Shown here piece after piece: positions 13,401-24,845 of a stretch of DNA of 64,000 nt; the first letter of the stretch is position 1, and each line of letters opens with the position of its first letter. The position numbers and the translations under genes are program-made. Location of the stretch: contig NMRA01000319.1 of the NCBI GenBank assembly GCA_002633005.1, forward strand, positions 289,546 through 353,545. The letters run 5' to 3'. The notes below the pieces were generated by a model. It searched no databases. It was not told where the DNA came from and saw only the letters and a list, made by a program, of their open reading frames with translations. Source of the DNA: Phoronis australis (lineage: Eukaryota > Animalia > Phoronida).

Positions 13401-16400
13401 TCTTTTACTGAATAAGTCATCTGGTATTTAGTCCTTGCAATGGGTGCGTTGTATGAAAAGATTCCTACTTATTTTCAATAACATTGAGAAGTCAAGTTTT
13501 AGTTTCCTCTCGATTGGTATCAAAGTCAAAAATGGACTTGGTAATGAGACTTAAACAGCATAAGAAAGGACAAACAGTGTTTTCATGAGCCCACAAATAC
13601 GCAGTATACTGATTTAGGGAACTAAGTTGTGTCCCGCCAATTTGGGAATGTTTCAGGCAACCGGGAACCTGTTTCTGCATCCGCACGCAAATAGCTCATT
13701 ATTTGCAGACGGTTTTTGTAACAGAGTATTAAACTGGACTTGTAGCGAGCTTTCCAAGATTGTGTAAAATTGCAGGCAGAAAATAATGAACATTTGAAAA
13801 AGTTAATACCGCCGGAGGTTTTTATCCAAAGTGGCGACCGTTGTCGTGGGTAGTGCCGAAAACAAGTCTCGTTTTCGTATTTTTGTTCTAAACTACATCT
13901 GCCGTGTTGGTTTAGGTTACATTTCCATCTCTAAACGACTTACTTCATTCAGATCTTGATTTTATGTTTATCATATGCAGGACCCCGCACCGAATTCTGG
14001 CTTTGGCGATGGCCACAACGCGGCGCTCTCTTATATCTCCTACATTGGTTGCGGACTCTCAGTTTTGGGATTGTCGCTGACTTTGATTTCATTTTCGTTG
14101 TTTCCGTGAGTATAATCTTGTTTCATATTGTTTATCCGTTGCATGCATACAAAATTTTCAGTCCCGAAGACTTACACTGTCGTTTTGCAATAACAATATT
14201 GTCCCGTTCAGACAACTGCGCACAAACCTGTCTATGACGTCATTCTTAGACTACACTGCTGAGTAGGTGACCGCTAATGTGCAAAATGGTATGTCTATAT
14301 TTTTGTGGTGCCTCTGTTGTTGCAAATTACCAATTGAAGTTTTATTTGTCTTCTTATTTGGAAATGTTATAACACACGCAATGATGTGTTGATTAGGACT
14401 GTGTCGTTGTAGCTGACGAAATATCTAATAATTTCTGTTTTTAACAGATGTCTTCATCGAGAGAAGTCGGGGAAGATTCTCATAAACTTATGTTCATCCA
14501 TGCTACTCATGAACATCTCGTTCCTCCTCGGAGCCCACGAGGGTTCCGCCAAGAACAACGGGCTGTGTTTGGCGGTCGCCATCTTTCTTCACTACTTCGT
14601 GTTAACGACACTGTTGTGGATGGGCGTTGAGGCGGTGCATATGTACCACGTGTTGATCCAAATATTTGGCTCGTACGAGGAGCGATTTTTGATAAAGCGG
14701 TGTGTCGTAGCATGGGGTACGTTTTTACTGCCAGTCATAACACATACAAAGAAACACGTGTGACTGAATGCTGGACTATTTGACACATACACGTGCTCAC
14801 GCACACACGCGCACACACACATACACACACACACGCGTGCACACGCTCACACCAATATACGTTTGACCAGATATCGAATTTAACGCCAGCTAATATTCAA
14901 AGAAACGAAGCAGCTAAAAAGAATATTTTCTACCGAAATTTTCGTGTTCAGTTTCCGACATTTTCCGTTTGAAAGTGCTGTATTATCGGAATCCTTGAAT
15001 GCAAAACATGGTATTTCTGAGTCTTTGGTGGTAAATAAGGTATTTTCCAAAAAATAAGAAAATTTTAACATCACGTCTGATTCATGTGAAAATATCCATC
15101 TATTGGTGAGAGATTAAGTAAATTGAGGGTTTTGAAAATAACCAGAATGTTTTTGATGGTTTATATCTTTTGGCATTGGGAACATTCAGCTTGACAAGTA
15201 GGAATGTTTTAACTATTTTCAAATAGTATATAACCGCTCAGGATATGACTGTTTTAACTATTTACAAATAGTATATATCCGCTTAGGATATGACTGTTTT
15301 AACTATTTACTAATAGTATATAACAGTTTAGGATATAACTGTTTTAACTATATACAAATAGTACATACCGCTCAGGGTATGACTGTTTTAACTATTTACA
15401 AATAATATATACCCTCTCAGGATATGACTGTTTTAACTATTTACAAATAGTATATACCCGCTCAGGATATGACTGTTTGACGTCAGGTCAAGGTAATTAA
15501 ATTTTACAAAATATTGGTATTTGGTCGAGATAAATTTGATGTAACTGTAGACTGGTGATCTCCATAGAACCACTTAATGTTGTTCGACCAACTTATTTTA
15601 ATACTGAGACAATGAACAAGATTTTTGTAAAATGTCTGGAAGAAAGTCTGCTTGGATTTTTATCAGGCAACTCGGTACCTCTAATGAAGACTCTACAGTA
15701 CACGAGTGCCAGAGCAGGCTCCCGATGTGAAAGACTCGCGTCCTGAACTCAGTGTTCGGTCTGCTTCTATTTAATGGGACGTGCTGCCATTCATAGATTG
15801 GCGAGTTGGATAATGAGGCAGCAGTGCTGTAGTGGGGCGTAGGCGCACGTAGGCGCACGTAGGCGCAGCCAACCACCTTTTGGCATTTGAACGTAGCGCC
15901 TCCGCGCCGTAAGTTACGTTCAGTGCTCAAGGTGATACGATGGGCTTAGGGCGCCTACTTAACACTCATTTTACCACTACAGCATTGTGAGGCAGGCCAT
16001 TGGAACAGAGATGTTTCCAGACTTATGTCACGAATTGTATTAAAACACATGCGTGATAACTCTTCTTGTTTCAGGCATTCCAGTTATTGTTGTTGGTATT
16101 ACTGTCGCCGTTGACGTCAGCAATTACAAAAGTAAAGACGAGTTGTAAGTAGAGCCTAGTTCTTCGTGCTTTAACACTGCCATAAGTAAACTAGAATGTC
16201 ATTCAGGAACAAAATACCCAATCTTGAAATCATAGTTAATGTTTATTACCTATTCCAGCGAGCTGCTCAACAAAACTTACGGATATGGAATCTAGTTTCG
16301 TTTTACTCCACTGTCGAAAAGCTACCGTTCAACGCCTCCCAAGTACCCTACAAATTTCAGAACGTCGGACGCAAAATACGAGTTATTTTCAAAACATTTA

Positions 16401-18523
16401 CGATTCATGTATATAATATTGAACCAAATGAGAATATTTTCTATTAAAATGTCAATTGAGAACGTTTAAAGACACTCTGTCTGCTTCATTTCTGTTAAAA
16501 ACCTCATGAAAAGGATTTTTACGCAAACCATTTTATTCGAAACCTAAGTCTAAATAATCCTGTTTCGACATGACATCGAATTTTTACAAATTACACGTAT
16601 ACCGAATTTAACACAGCATTTAAGCTTAATATTTATTTTTGGTGTACCAAAAAGATGGCTGGTGAAGTGAATGTCAATCCAAGTTTTGTTGCTGAGGAAA
16701 AGATGATTGGAAATTTGCTTAATTTCAAGATCACGCATGCGTAAACTTGGAATACCCAAGAAAACTTAGCATTAAGTTGACTAAAAAAGTCACGTTCACA
16801 TTGATAAAGTTTTTAATGCATTAAAGTAAATTCCATTTGATAAAATAATGTAAATTTTAACCTACATTCATTGGCTTTTTTCAACTATTGGCGATCTCAT
16901 TCACCCAACAAGTGAGTAACTGAGATTCAGGGTGAACTCGTCAAGTTATTTACGTGTAAAAACCAACCACTGTGATTTCCAACTGATTATACGTTCCGAT
17001 TCTTTGTGTTTTACTGACGATCAACAAGTGTCAATGAAATGCCTACTGGGTAACTCATCTCGCGTGTAAGCAACATCTCCGTGTGCATTGTGGGTAATCA
17101 CTCAACTGGCAACACCGCATAAATAGTGAGGTTTTGCGGAAATTTCGTCCACTTTTTATGAACTTTAAAAAAATAAATAGTAAAAACGCGACTGCATACA
17201 GGGCGGTAATTTACTGAAAGTGTATATTTTCAGTGGCGGATCTAGGATACCATAAGGGTGGCCCAACACGCTGCCTCGGGGAATTGGGCGAAGCCCGAAG
17301 GTTTCGGGCCTGGGATGTGGACTTTCTGTTCGGGAAACCCTATTGATGGACTAATAAAAAAAAAACGGGGACACGACCTGAATCTGAGCCCCCCTCCCCC
17401 CAACATCCGCTACCGGTCCTGGTTACTGAACTCAATATTTTTTATTTCCTCACTCTTCGCACTGTTGCTGTTTCATTTTCATTGCGGCAGCCAAGGGGGG
17501 GGAGGCGGACCCCGCCAAGGATTTTAGTTATATCTTTCGACTGACTTATCTGATTCTGTGACGTAAGAAGGTGAAAGTAAAGGAAATGGCATGGAGTGGT
17601 TTCCCACGCAATAATGTTCACTTTATATTCTCCGTTTATGAAAGGTTCTGTTTTATGCTAGTCCTTATTGTAAAGACCTTTCTGCATGTTGTGACTGACA
17701 CATTTCTGAAGAAGAATAAGTGTATATTATTTACTTTTTGATTAATACTGAAACAATACGTTACTTTCCTTACAGTTGCCGTCTTAATTACGATAACCCC
17801 TACGTATACTACATCTCGTTTCTCGGACCCAGTTGCCTCATATTACTCGTCAACGCCATCATATTCATAATGCTGACTCGAGTAATACTGCGACCCAAGC
17901 TGAAGTCTTGCAAGGGCAAAGTGTGCTCTTCGGACGAGCCCAAAGTCACCGCCGCCCAAGTCAGGGGCGCCATCACTGTAATGGTGCTGCTTGGTGTCAC
18001 GTGGATATTCGGCGCCCTAGCTATAGGCGACGCCAAGCTCATTTTTAGTTACGTATTCTGCATAGCTAATTCCCTCCAAGGATTTCTTATCTTCATTTTC
18101 CGATGTTTCATGTACCCTGAGGCACGCATGGCTTGGATACAGCTGTGCAAGCAAGGAACTTTAAAAAAGCGACGAGGAATGCCACGATCGGCCGACACCT
18201 CGTCGAAAGGGTACGATGTCAAAGGTCACAGCCGCTCGAGCGACGAAATGTCAGCGTCGCATACGTTCGTCACTCAGACCAACTTGTTGAACAAGTCAAA
18301 CATGTACAAATCTCGTTTCAAAACTCGTGGCAACAATAGTCAGAAAAATTTGCTTTCTTGTTCGCCAAGAGACAAGAACGTAGATCCTAACATGGAATAT
18401 GTTACGCTTGAGAAACTCCAAGAAAATCGTTCCCTCATCAATGCTGATACTGTTGCTAAAGCAGGCGGCGTCAGATCATCTGCTTCAGCTGTCACGAGAC
18501 CAGGAGAACTCACGAGATTGTGA
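1933..18523 (+). CDS. Adhesion GPCR (EGF x22+ / HRM / GAIN-GPS / 7TM), 5'-partial; join(1933..4401,5515..5649,6318..6517,7944..8084,8364..8458,8935..9133,9450..9732,10139..10236,13981..14105,14448..14716,16075..16144,17776..18523)
   Basis: 12 exons with AG/GT boundaries and matching phases (1,1,0,0,2,0,1,0,2,1,2) give one open frame of about 1610 codons. Motifs: EGF Cys pattern, HRM (C..WP.T..G......CP..C....W.....C), GPS (CVFW..W..C..HLTNFAILL) and secretin-class 7TM (SYIGCGLS, LHYF..WMGVEA, WGIP, LLGVTWIFG, NSLQGFLIF). Start codon and signal peptide lie upstream of the window. Confidence 0.9.
5515..5649 (+). CDS. aGPCR exon: last Ca-binding-type EGF
   Basis: tttAG|GTTCG..GTCG|GTgagg; GSNCQIEVDECSSHPCQNSGQCVDRVNAYTCHCRRGYSGPFCEIV. 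Confidence 0.93.
6318..6517 (+). CDS. aGPCR exon: hormone receptor motif (HRM)
   Basis: tttcAG|CG..GAA|GTgagt; KC..FVWPQTKHG..SCPYG..ATC..W..TRCKE. Confidence 0.9.
7043..7278 (-). mobile_element. GC-rich MITE (CAGNGGCGGA family)
   Basis: Termini CATAGGCGGATTTAGG / CCTAGGTCCGCCGCTG; flanks TGTTG / TGTTC; its right end is homologous in reverse to the copy at 17231. Confidence 0.65.
7944..8084 (+). CDS. aGPCR exon: GAIN subdomain A
   Basis: tttcAG|CTA..GAC|GTgagt; helical LKQLNRLT..VEEAATTLESLV. Confidence 0.85.
8364..8458 (+). CDS. aGPCR exon: GAIN subdomain A
   Basis: ttatAG|GTT..GAAAG|GTaata; VAVQMVSVLSSLMDAD; phase 0-2 fits its neighbours. Confidence 0.82.
8935..9133 (+). CDS. aGPCR exon: GAIN
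   Basis: ctaccAG|G..AAG|GTaagg; FRGVIDNYT..IEIVSRNLRIKV. Confidence 0.85.
9450..9732 (+). CDS. aGPCR exon: GAIN subdomain B and start of GPS
   Basis: tctacAG|GCG..TCAG|GTgatt; LTLP..RIQFIAYQNSKFF..VLSASI..ITNLTKPVLIRF..PKCVFWNE. Confidence 0.92.
10139..10236 (+). CDS. aGPCR exon: GPS cleavage site and Stachel
   Basis: tttcAG|GC..TTG|GTaaga; GKAWSSVGIVTNNKTDGGVLCEASHL|TNFAILL. Confidence 0.93.
10353..11540. repeat. Tandem ~590-bp duplication joined by a single N (10944); probable haplotype/scaffolding artefact
   Basis: 10353..10943 vs 10945..11540 near-identical with SNPs and small indels; the N sits exactly at the junction. Confidence 0.85.
11631..12004 (-). mobile_element. Possible decayed Penelope-like GIY-YIG endonuclease fragment
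   Basis: Frameshifted minus-strand peptides KTYKRRIQELGDKY and CCTFSGMLYINVLGRRILKHRIS resemble the PLE pattern AYKR..NL.D.L and C..C...YIG.T.R.L..RI. Confidence 0.35.
12535..12799. mobile_element. hAT-like MITE
   Basis: Perfect 13-bp TIR CAGTGCCGGATTA / TAATCCGGCACTG; 8-bp flanks TGCTTGGT / CGCATGGT (6/8). Confidence 0.75.
13981..14105 (+). CDS. aGPCR exon: TM1
   Basis: atgcAG|GAC..CC|GTgagt; HNAALSYISYIGCGLSVLGLSLTLISF. Confidence 0.93.
14448..14716 (+). CDS. aGPCR exon: TM2-TM4
   Basis: ttaacAG|A..TGGG|GTacgt; KILINLC..LCLAVAIFLHYFVLTTLLWMGVEAVHMY..AWG. Confidence 0.95.
14783..14852. repeat. Imperfect (CA)n microsatellite
   Basis: cacatacacgtg..cacacacacatacacacacacac. Confidence 0.85.
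15205..15478. repeat. 45-bp minisatellite, 6 copies
   Basis: Unit TGTTTTAACTATTTACAAATAGTATATACCCGCTCAGGATATGAC at 15205, 15250, 15295, 15340, 15384, 15429. Confidence 0.95.
15822..15987. mobile_element. hAT MITE with perfect 8-bp TSD
   Basis: TIR CAGTGCTGTAGTGG / CCACTACAGCATTG; TSD TGAGGCAG on both sides; subterminal CGTAGGCGCA x3. Confidence 0.88.
16075..16144 (+). CDS. aGPCR exon: end of TM4 and ECL2
   Basis: tttcAG|GC..TT|GTaagt; GIPVIVVGITVAVDVSNY. Confidence 0.92.
17231..17527 (+). mobile_element. Second copy of the 7043 MITE family (right end decayed)
   Basis: CAGTGGCGGATCTAGGATACC..GGCCCAACA..TGCCTCGGGGAATTGG matches the reverse complement of 7215-7278. Confidence 0.65.
17776..18523 (+). 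CDS. aGPCR terminal exon: TM5-TM7 and cytoplasmic tail ending -ELTRL
   Basis: ccttacAG|T; within ORF 17720..18523; LLGVTWIFG, FCIANSLQGFLIFIFRC; TGA stop. Confidence 0.95.
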
Positions 18524-19612
18524 CGTCAGGCGGACTACGCCAAAGATGATACCGTGATCGTCAAAGGCGTAGTATCTGATGCTTAAGAACTAGCTCTACA
18601 ACATATTAGAACTGTTAGTAATACTGTTCGTGTCCTCGTTGAGTGTAATTCGAAACGGACGATTCAAGGAGAAATATGTAGTTAAATTTTAAAAGTTGCC
18701 CTTACCATTACCATTGATATTCTAATAACTGTTCTTGGGCAATTGGGATAATTTGGGAATCATGTCACACGGAAAATCGTGATTATAAGAAGCGGTTGAG
18801 ACGATTGATGTATATGTAAGTCTTTAGTTTTGGTCCTCCTGTATGATATAAAATTTTCATCAGGACTGCATTGCCGTGATTTTGTACATTTTCTCTGCTC
18901 TGGCTTATCTTTTGATAATTTTTTGTTAGCTAAGTATGCCTATATACCAAAAAGCTGGACCTCATTGCATCTGAAAAGCTGTTGGATTCAACTGTTGAGT
19001 GATAAATGAGTATGAGAACTGTGAACACTGAAAACTGCCATTCCAAAAACGTCGTTAACGTGAACGGTTGCAAGACCTTCCCCTCAATATGTAGCCTCTG
19101 AAAACGATGACTGTTTTGTAGTTCCTAGAATTGTAATACGCGCAAGGCAGTACGGTGTGAACGGGTCGACGAAAAGAGCACGTGAGGGCAGTTTGTATAA
19201 ATTTGATGAGGTCACATGATTCCTCCGCGAGTTACGCAATACACCTGATCGAACACGCAAGTTATCTCTTTTGAAGTTGTTTAGTTATTCGTTCAAGTAT
19301 TATAGGTCTGTGTGGTTGTTTTGGTTATCAGAAATCGTTAAAACAGAATTTGGCAATGTTTGTATTGAAAACAATGTATTAAAAGGATATTATTGGCGAG
19401 AAAAAATCATGTTCTGAGATTTCTATTACCCGGATTCGTCATAGCCACCCCCGCGGTCGCAGCCTAACGCTCTGCTGGCGGAGCAATATTCCATTAGATA
19501 ACAGGCTAACTTCACCTGGTTTTCTTTCGAAGAATGTCTGGCATAGAACTGGATGAATTGGTGACTTGTAATGAACTCACAAAAACACAATATATTTTGT
19601 TGTTTCAAAGCT

Positions 19613-19740
19613 CAGCAGCGCTAGGACCTCACTAAAAAGCAAGACTTCGCGAGATTACGTGAGATATTGCCGTGCATTAAGAGAACACGTGACTTTATCC
19701 AGATTTTAGGTAGCTCATTGCATAGGTCCTAGCGCTACTG
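19613..19740. mobile_element. 128-bp MITE-like element
   Basis: 17-bp TIR CAGCAGCGCTAGGACCT / AGGTCCTAGCGCTACTG (16/17); no clear TSD. Confidence 0.6.
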
Positions 19741-21822
19741 AATGCACGCCGGGTCAAAGCATTCTGCAATAATAGTCGTAGAACAGATACTGTCCCTGTA
19801 AATGTTCTGTTTTAACATTTAGTTATCTCCCGTGCTTGCTACATATACACTGTATAGTTGGGATTACAACCTGTGTGTGCATACTTGTACCATTATGGAC
19901 TGATAGTGCGAATAATTTGAATGTAGATAGCCGATTGAATTCAGCATATGGAAAGGTATACATGTATTAATTCATTCACTTCTAGCCATTACTGCAATGG
20001 CTAAAAAGATAACGCACACTCTTGTTATTTTCATGTTATTCGAATATAGTCCCACCGATAGTTTTGTTGTGTATTGTGTAGCCATTTGTGGTAATTTCCA
20101 ATTGCATTGTGTGAAAGATATTTTATTAAGCGTAGATTTCTCACAGACGAAATTACAGTCGTATGGCATTCTATCACCAACGCCCTCTGAAATACGAAAA
20201 TCACGAAATGCCCTGATTAACCTCAACAAACTGTTCTGTGAAGTTATCCTGTAAAGACCTCAATTGGTTTTACGCCGTCAGAGGGAGTTAAGAAGTCATC
20301 TGCCATTGGTATGAAGCAACCCCGGTAATTTTTAGGGATGACCCAACCCTTACCTTGAACAAAAGTACGTATATTCAGAATTTTTGTGCGTTGTTAAAGA
20401 ATCGTTGCAGTGCGTGGTGTTTCGTGGAATGTTGCAAGAGTTCAGTTTCATTCCTATCCTATTTAACGGAAGTGTTACATATTTTTCCCATAATACAACA
20501 TTGCGACCAAAGTGCTTAATCGCTTCCTTGTTGATATTCGCTAGTTAAGTGAAGTTGTGAGCTTTTTCGTGAAACACTTGTGAGATCTTGTCTTTCATTA
20601 CTGTGGTGCTGTGCGATTTCGCCAAACTCGCAAGATACTGTGGCACGTCTCTTGCGGCCTGTCGGGTCTGCTTTTCTTGTATGATTGCTCGAACAAACAT
20701 GTCCATATTCCCAATATTTGTGATTATGCTGATATGCCTTGTGAATTAATGCAGAAGTGGAATTATTACAAGAAAACAAATAGGACTTCTGATCCGAAGG
20801 CGCATCAGACGCTTCAAATGTGATCATAATGGACGAGCAGAGCTTAACCAGGGAACCACATAGGAATGTAGTCTTCTCACCACAGGAAGGTAGATAACAC
20901 TTGCGACAGATTTGGGTCGAACAATAAGAAGGTAGATAAAACGTCTGACGAGCGTTCACATGTGTTATTTTTAAGGCAGCGAATGAGACGTCATATCTGC
21001 CTCCAAAATTTGACGGCATGCTAACGCTGCATGAGGCATATATAGATGTGTATACCGAAATCGTTGCCTATTCAGCGGCATTGTCGGCGGAAACTACTAT
21101 AGGACGCCTGATCAGAAACAGGTCAAACGCTTAAATGACCGTTCAAAACGGAGAATTTTTTGTAGTAGTAATTAGCATAATGTTATATTGTGAAAAATGC
21201 CAGTCACGTGTAATCACTTGACGGGGGCGAGCAGAACCTAACCACCAATTGCGCCACATGAATGTAATTCTCTAACAATAAGAAGGCTCATCTGCCGTCG
21301 GTCGAACTGTGAGAAGGCAGATCAGATGTCTCTCGTGTGGCATTTGATCAGATTGTGGATCAGCTATCCGATCTGCCTTCTGGTCCGATGGACGCTGTAT
21401 ATTATGGAACGCCCTTAGCGTTATCGAAGCGTGTCAGCCGGATTTGGCTCGAAAGGTACTTCTCAAGTGTGTCAAGTTACTACCTCAATACTGTGCGACC
21501 AATAAGAGGCTAAAGTGAAGCTACCACCGTCTTCGTCACCACATTGGCAGTATCCAACCACATTTCGTCCCCAATGAAATCTGAATTGTTTTCTTTTGTC
21601 GCTTGTTTCTATGTTCTTGTTGCTGGTTACAGAAATATAATTTTGTCACGGTAAGGAATATTAGGCAAACAGTTTAAATCAATTTTCGTTTTTACATAGG
21701 TGAACTGGGTGGAATGGCAACTATTATCAATAATATGCTTTCTATAATTATAACAATCAACGTTATTACAAACAGTACTATCGGTATCGTTACCACAATC
21801 ACTCTCACTACCATCCTTGCTA

Positions 21823-22246
21823 CCGGGATTTTCTGTTGATAATCCCAACCGACGAAACGCCCATGGGCGTTTATTTTGAAAAATATGTCGAATAAATGCC
21901 CATATGTCCTGAAAGTGGGGCGTTTATTCGTAAATTTTCCTCCTAAAAGCCCTTTCAGAGTCAACTTTTAGTCGCAAATTCAGATTTGTGAGCATTTATA
22001 ATTTATAAAAACGAACAAATTGTTGATGAACTATCATTCATTAACACAAAATTTAAAAACACAGCTTTAAGTAAAAAATGTCAAAGTCGATAATCCTCTT
22101 AATGTAGGCCTACTTGCTACATTAAACTATGATTTTCCGTTTACACGCCCCCCCCCCCTTTTCCTTTTATTTGGTGTAACTAAAACGCCTGTAAATTTTC
22201 ATTTGCCGAATACACGCCCATGGGCTTATCTACGGAAAAATCCCGG
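21823..22246. mobile_element. Tc1/mariner-type MITE (TA TSD) inserted in a (CAT)n-like tract
   Basis: TA|CCGGGATTTT..GATAATCCCA and TGGGCTTATC..AAAATCCCGG|TA; subterminal ACGCCCATGGGC at both ends. Confidence 0.7.
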
Positions 22247-22248
22247 TA

Positions 22249-22410
22249 TCATTATCACAATCATTCTTACTCTCATCATCACACGTGTACTTACTATCAC
22301 CCCAATCATCCTCACCATCATCGCAGTCTCCGTCATCACCAGCACTGTCATCACCCTATAGTCATTACCATCACTGTCAAAATTGTCATTCACCACATCA
22401 TCATCAGTAA
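22249..22410. repeat. Degenerate (CAT/CAC)n low-complexity tract (continues at about 21720-21820)
   Basis: tcattatcacaatcattc..catcatcatcag. Confidence 0.75.
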
Positions 22411-24845
22411 TTGTTTTTGAAAATTTCCGCTTTTGCATGAGAGGCTATCAAAAATAGGATTTTCATAATTTTTTGAAACAATATTTAAAGCTACAAAATG
22501 ACAACGAAATGATAATTTAGAAAATTGTAACACCGTTTATGAGATTTCATGTGGAACACTTATGTCATACGACATTTGGTCATGATATTTATCCTGCCGT
22601 TTTGTTATGAATGTACCTATATTGTTCGCTAAATTTTCACAAAAAGGCAAGATTACGTAACCTAATAAGTGGCTGTCTGGTATAAAGTCAAAATCAAATT
22701 CTATGGAATATCAACTTTCCGAAAATAACTACTTTTGCTGATTTAAATTCCGCAGTTTTGTAGATATTTGGATAAATATGCAAACTTGTCGATGACGTCT
22801 TACTTAACCTTAAGGATGTACTGAAATGAGCGAGTACGACACCAGCAAATCTTTCTGTTCTGTTGACTGAGGATGGTCACAGGTATGGATGAAACGCGAA
22901 GGCTATTTGACTGATTGGTACAATCAGGTAATCTTAATAGTCTCTAGTTGTCATAAATACTGTGGAAGGCTAGGTGCACTTGGATACCCCAGACGGAAAC
23001 ACAAAACAAATAACCGCGAGATAACAAAGTTGCACAGACTCGTTTGAAGAACACTGTTATCTTTTCACGCCTCTATTCAAACAAGATGAATCTTGTTTTA
23101 CCCACTCGATGTTTAAGAAGTAGATTTTCGACGCAGTCTTTATTTCTTTAAAAGTAAAACTAACAAAGACGTCTGCAAACTCGTGACGCACATTCCCGCT
23201 TTACAGGCCTTTCACATAATGTAGATGTCAATATGTACGGAAAATGTGTTAAAGCTTGTTTCGGAAATTTCACCCACTAACTGGTCCCATCACCTGAGAG
23301 ATAGCACAGTTATTCAAATGAAATACTTGTTTATCCTACGTGAGTCTCAGTGTTCTAAGCTGAACAGTCAATATTCCCGAAATACAGTCGTCGTTTAAAT
23401 CGCCTTGTCATGCTATTTATATTCTAATACGCAACTGAAAACACGTTTGACGATTAACAGACGTTGTTTCGAACTTTTAACAGTTGGCGGAGGTACCAGA
23501 ACGTTATTTTGTATCAATGAATTAAATAATCTAGACCACTGTTCATTAATAGGTTAAATCAAAGTTTGGTACTTTTTATAAACTAGTCGATGCAATTTAT
23601 ATTGGAAAATGTTAGGAGTCGTAAATCTTTCGCGTGTATCGTTTTAGGCTCTAGACTTTCCATTCACGGCCTCGTGAATGAATCACAAACACGCTGACGG
23701 GGAAGTAACTTTTTTGCGGCGTTGCTTTTTGCAAAGTTTAAGTTTACCTGCTTTATGTTCTCTATAGATTCCAATCAAATTTGGCATCTAAAGGTGTTTT
23801 TGTAAGCTACAGTGCTTAAGGTTATGTAAGATCTTATCGACTTGTTTGTGTACTTAGCCAAAGACCTGCATAACTATAGATCTTAATGCAGTGAACGTAT
23901 ACATTTCTGAAAGCCTGCGCAGTTCAATTTTTGACAGGCTATTGATTGGGTCACGTTAAAATGTATTTTAATAATATTTAACGAAAATAAAGGTACATCC
24001 CTAGTAAAACAAGAGTATCACTTACCATGGCTAAATTTTGTTTGATGCAATTGTTAGAGCGAAATCTCAAAGAAGAAGTTACAATTCTCCAAATTACCAC
24101 GAGTTTTTCCATAAGAATTATAAAAGTCCTGTTTTTGATAACGCCTCAAGACTTTTAAAAAGGGAAGTTTTTAAAAAAATTCGTAACTGTGTTTTTCAGA
24201 ACAATGCATAAGTATGGTATCTATGAATCTGGGATCAGCCATGTCTTATAGATGATGTTGGAAAAGTAATTGAAAAATTGCGTCTTATCACATTTATTGA
24301 ATCAAACCACAAGTTTTATGAAGGTGTGTTACGGACTTTCTATTGAGACACGCGATAACTACGTGAACTCAATGACACCGACACAAGCAGATAGGGAAAA
24401 ATCATATCAGTAGAAAACGGTGCAGTCGGTCAAGATTAAAATTTTATTGTTACTGAGTTAGATGTAAAGGAGTCGAGTTTTAGTCTCCAGACGACAAAAT
24501 TAAACAAGATTAGATGGTTGTGATCGTTCTTGGAATCTGGCAATCATACTATAATCGAGATTTTGTCCACGTAGACGGATGATAATTTTCACAGAAACAC
24601 GTCAAGGCTATATTTAGCATTGCATCACATTTCCTGTGCATGATTGAGAACATGGCTAAGAGAACGACATTTTAGCCTACCTCACACTCGTCGTATGTCA
24701 ATTTTACGCTTTTGCATGGTGCTTGAAAAAATTTACCTTATAGGCTTACAACTGATCTGATTAAAATGCATTCTCATGTAACAACACCTTCGATAGCTGC
24801 CAGCCAGACTTCATCGGTTTGCGCGTCAATGAAGGTCCTATTCTT

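Noticed and set aside
15205-15478. CRISPR-like array of palindromic repeats
   Set aside because: Units are contiguous with no unique spacers, the context is a eukaryotic intron, and there are no cas genes.
20516-21019. 167-aa minus-strand ORF
   Set aside because: No recognisable domain or splice context; overlaps a dispersed repeat-motif cluster.
22220-22438. His-rich and Met/Val-rich ORFs
   Set aside because: Translations of a degenerate (CAT)n tract and a MITE end.
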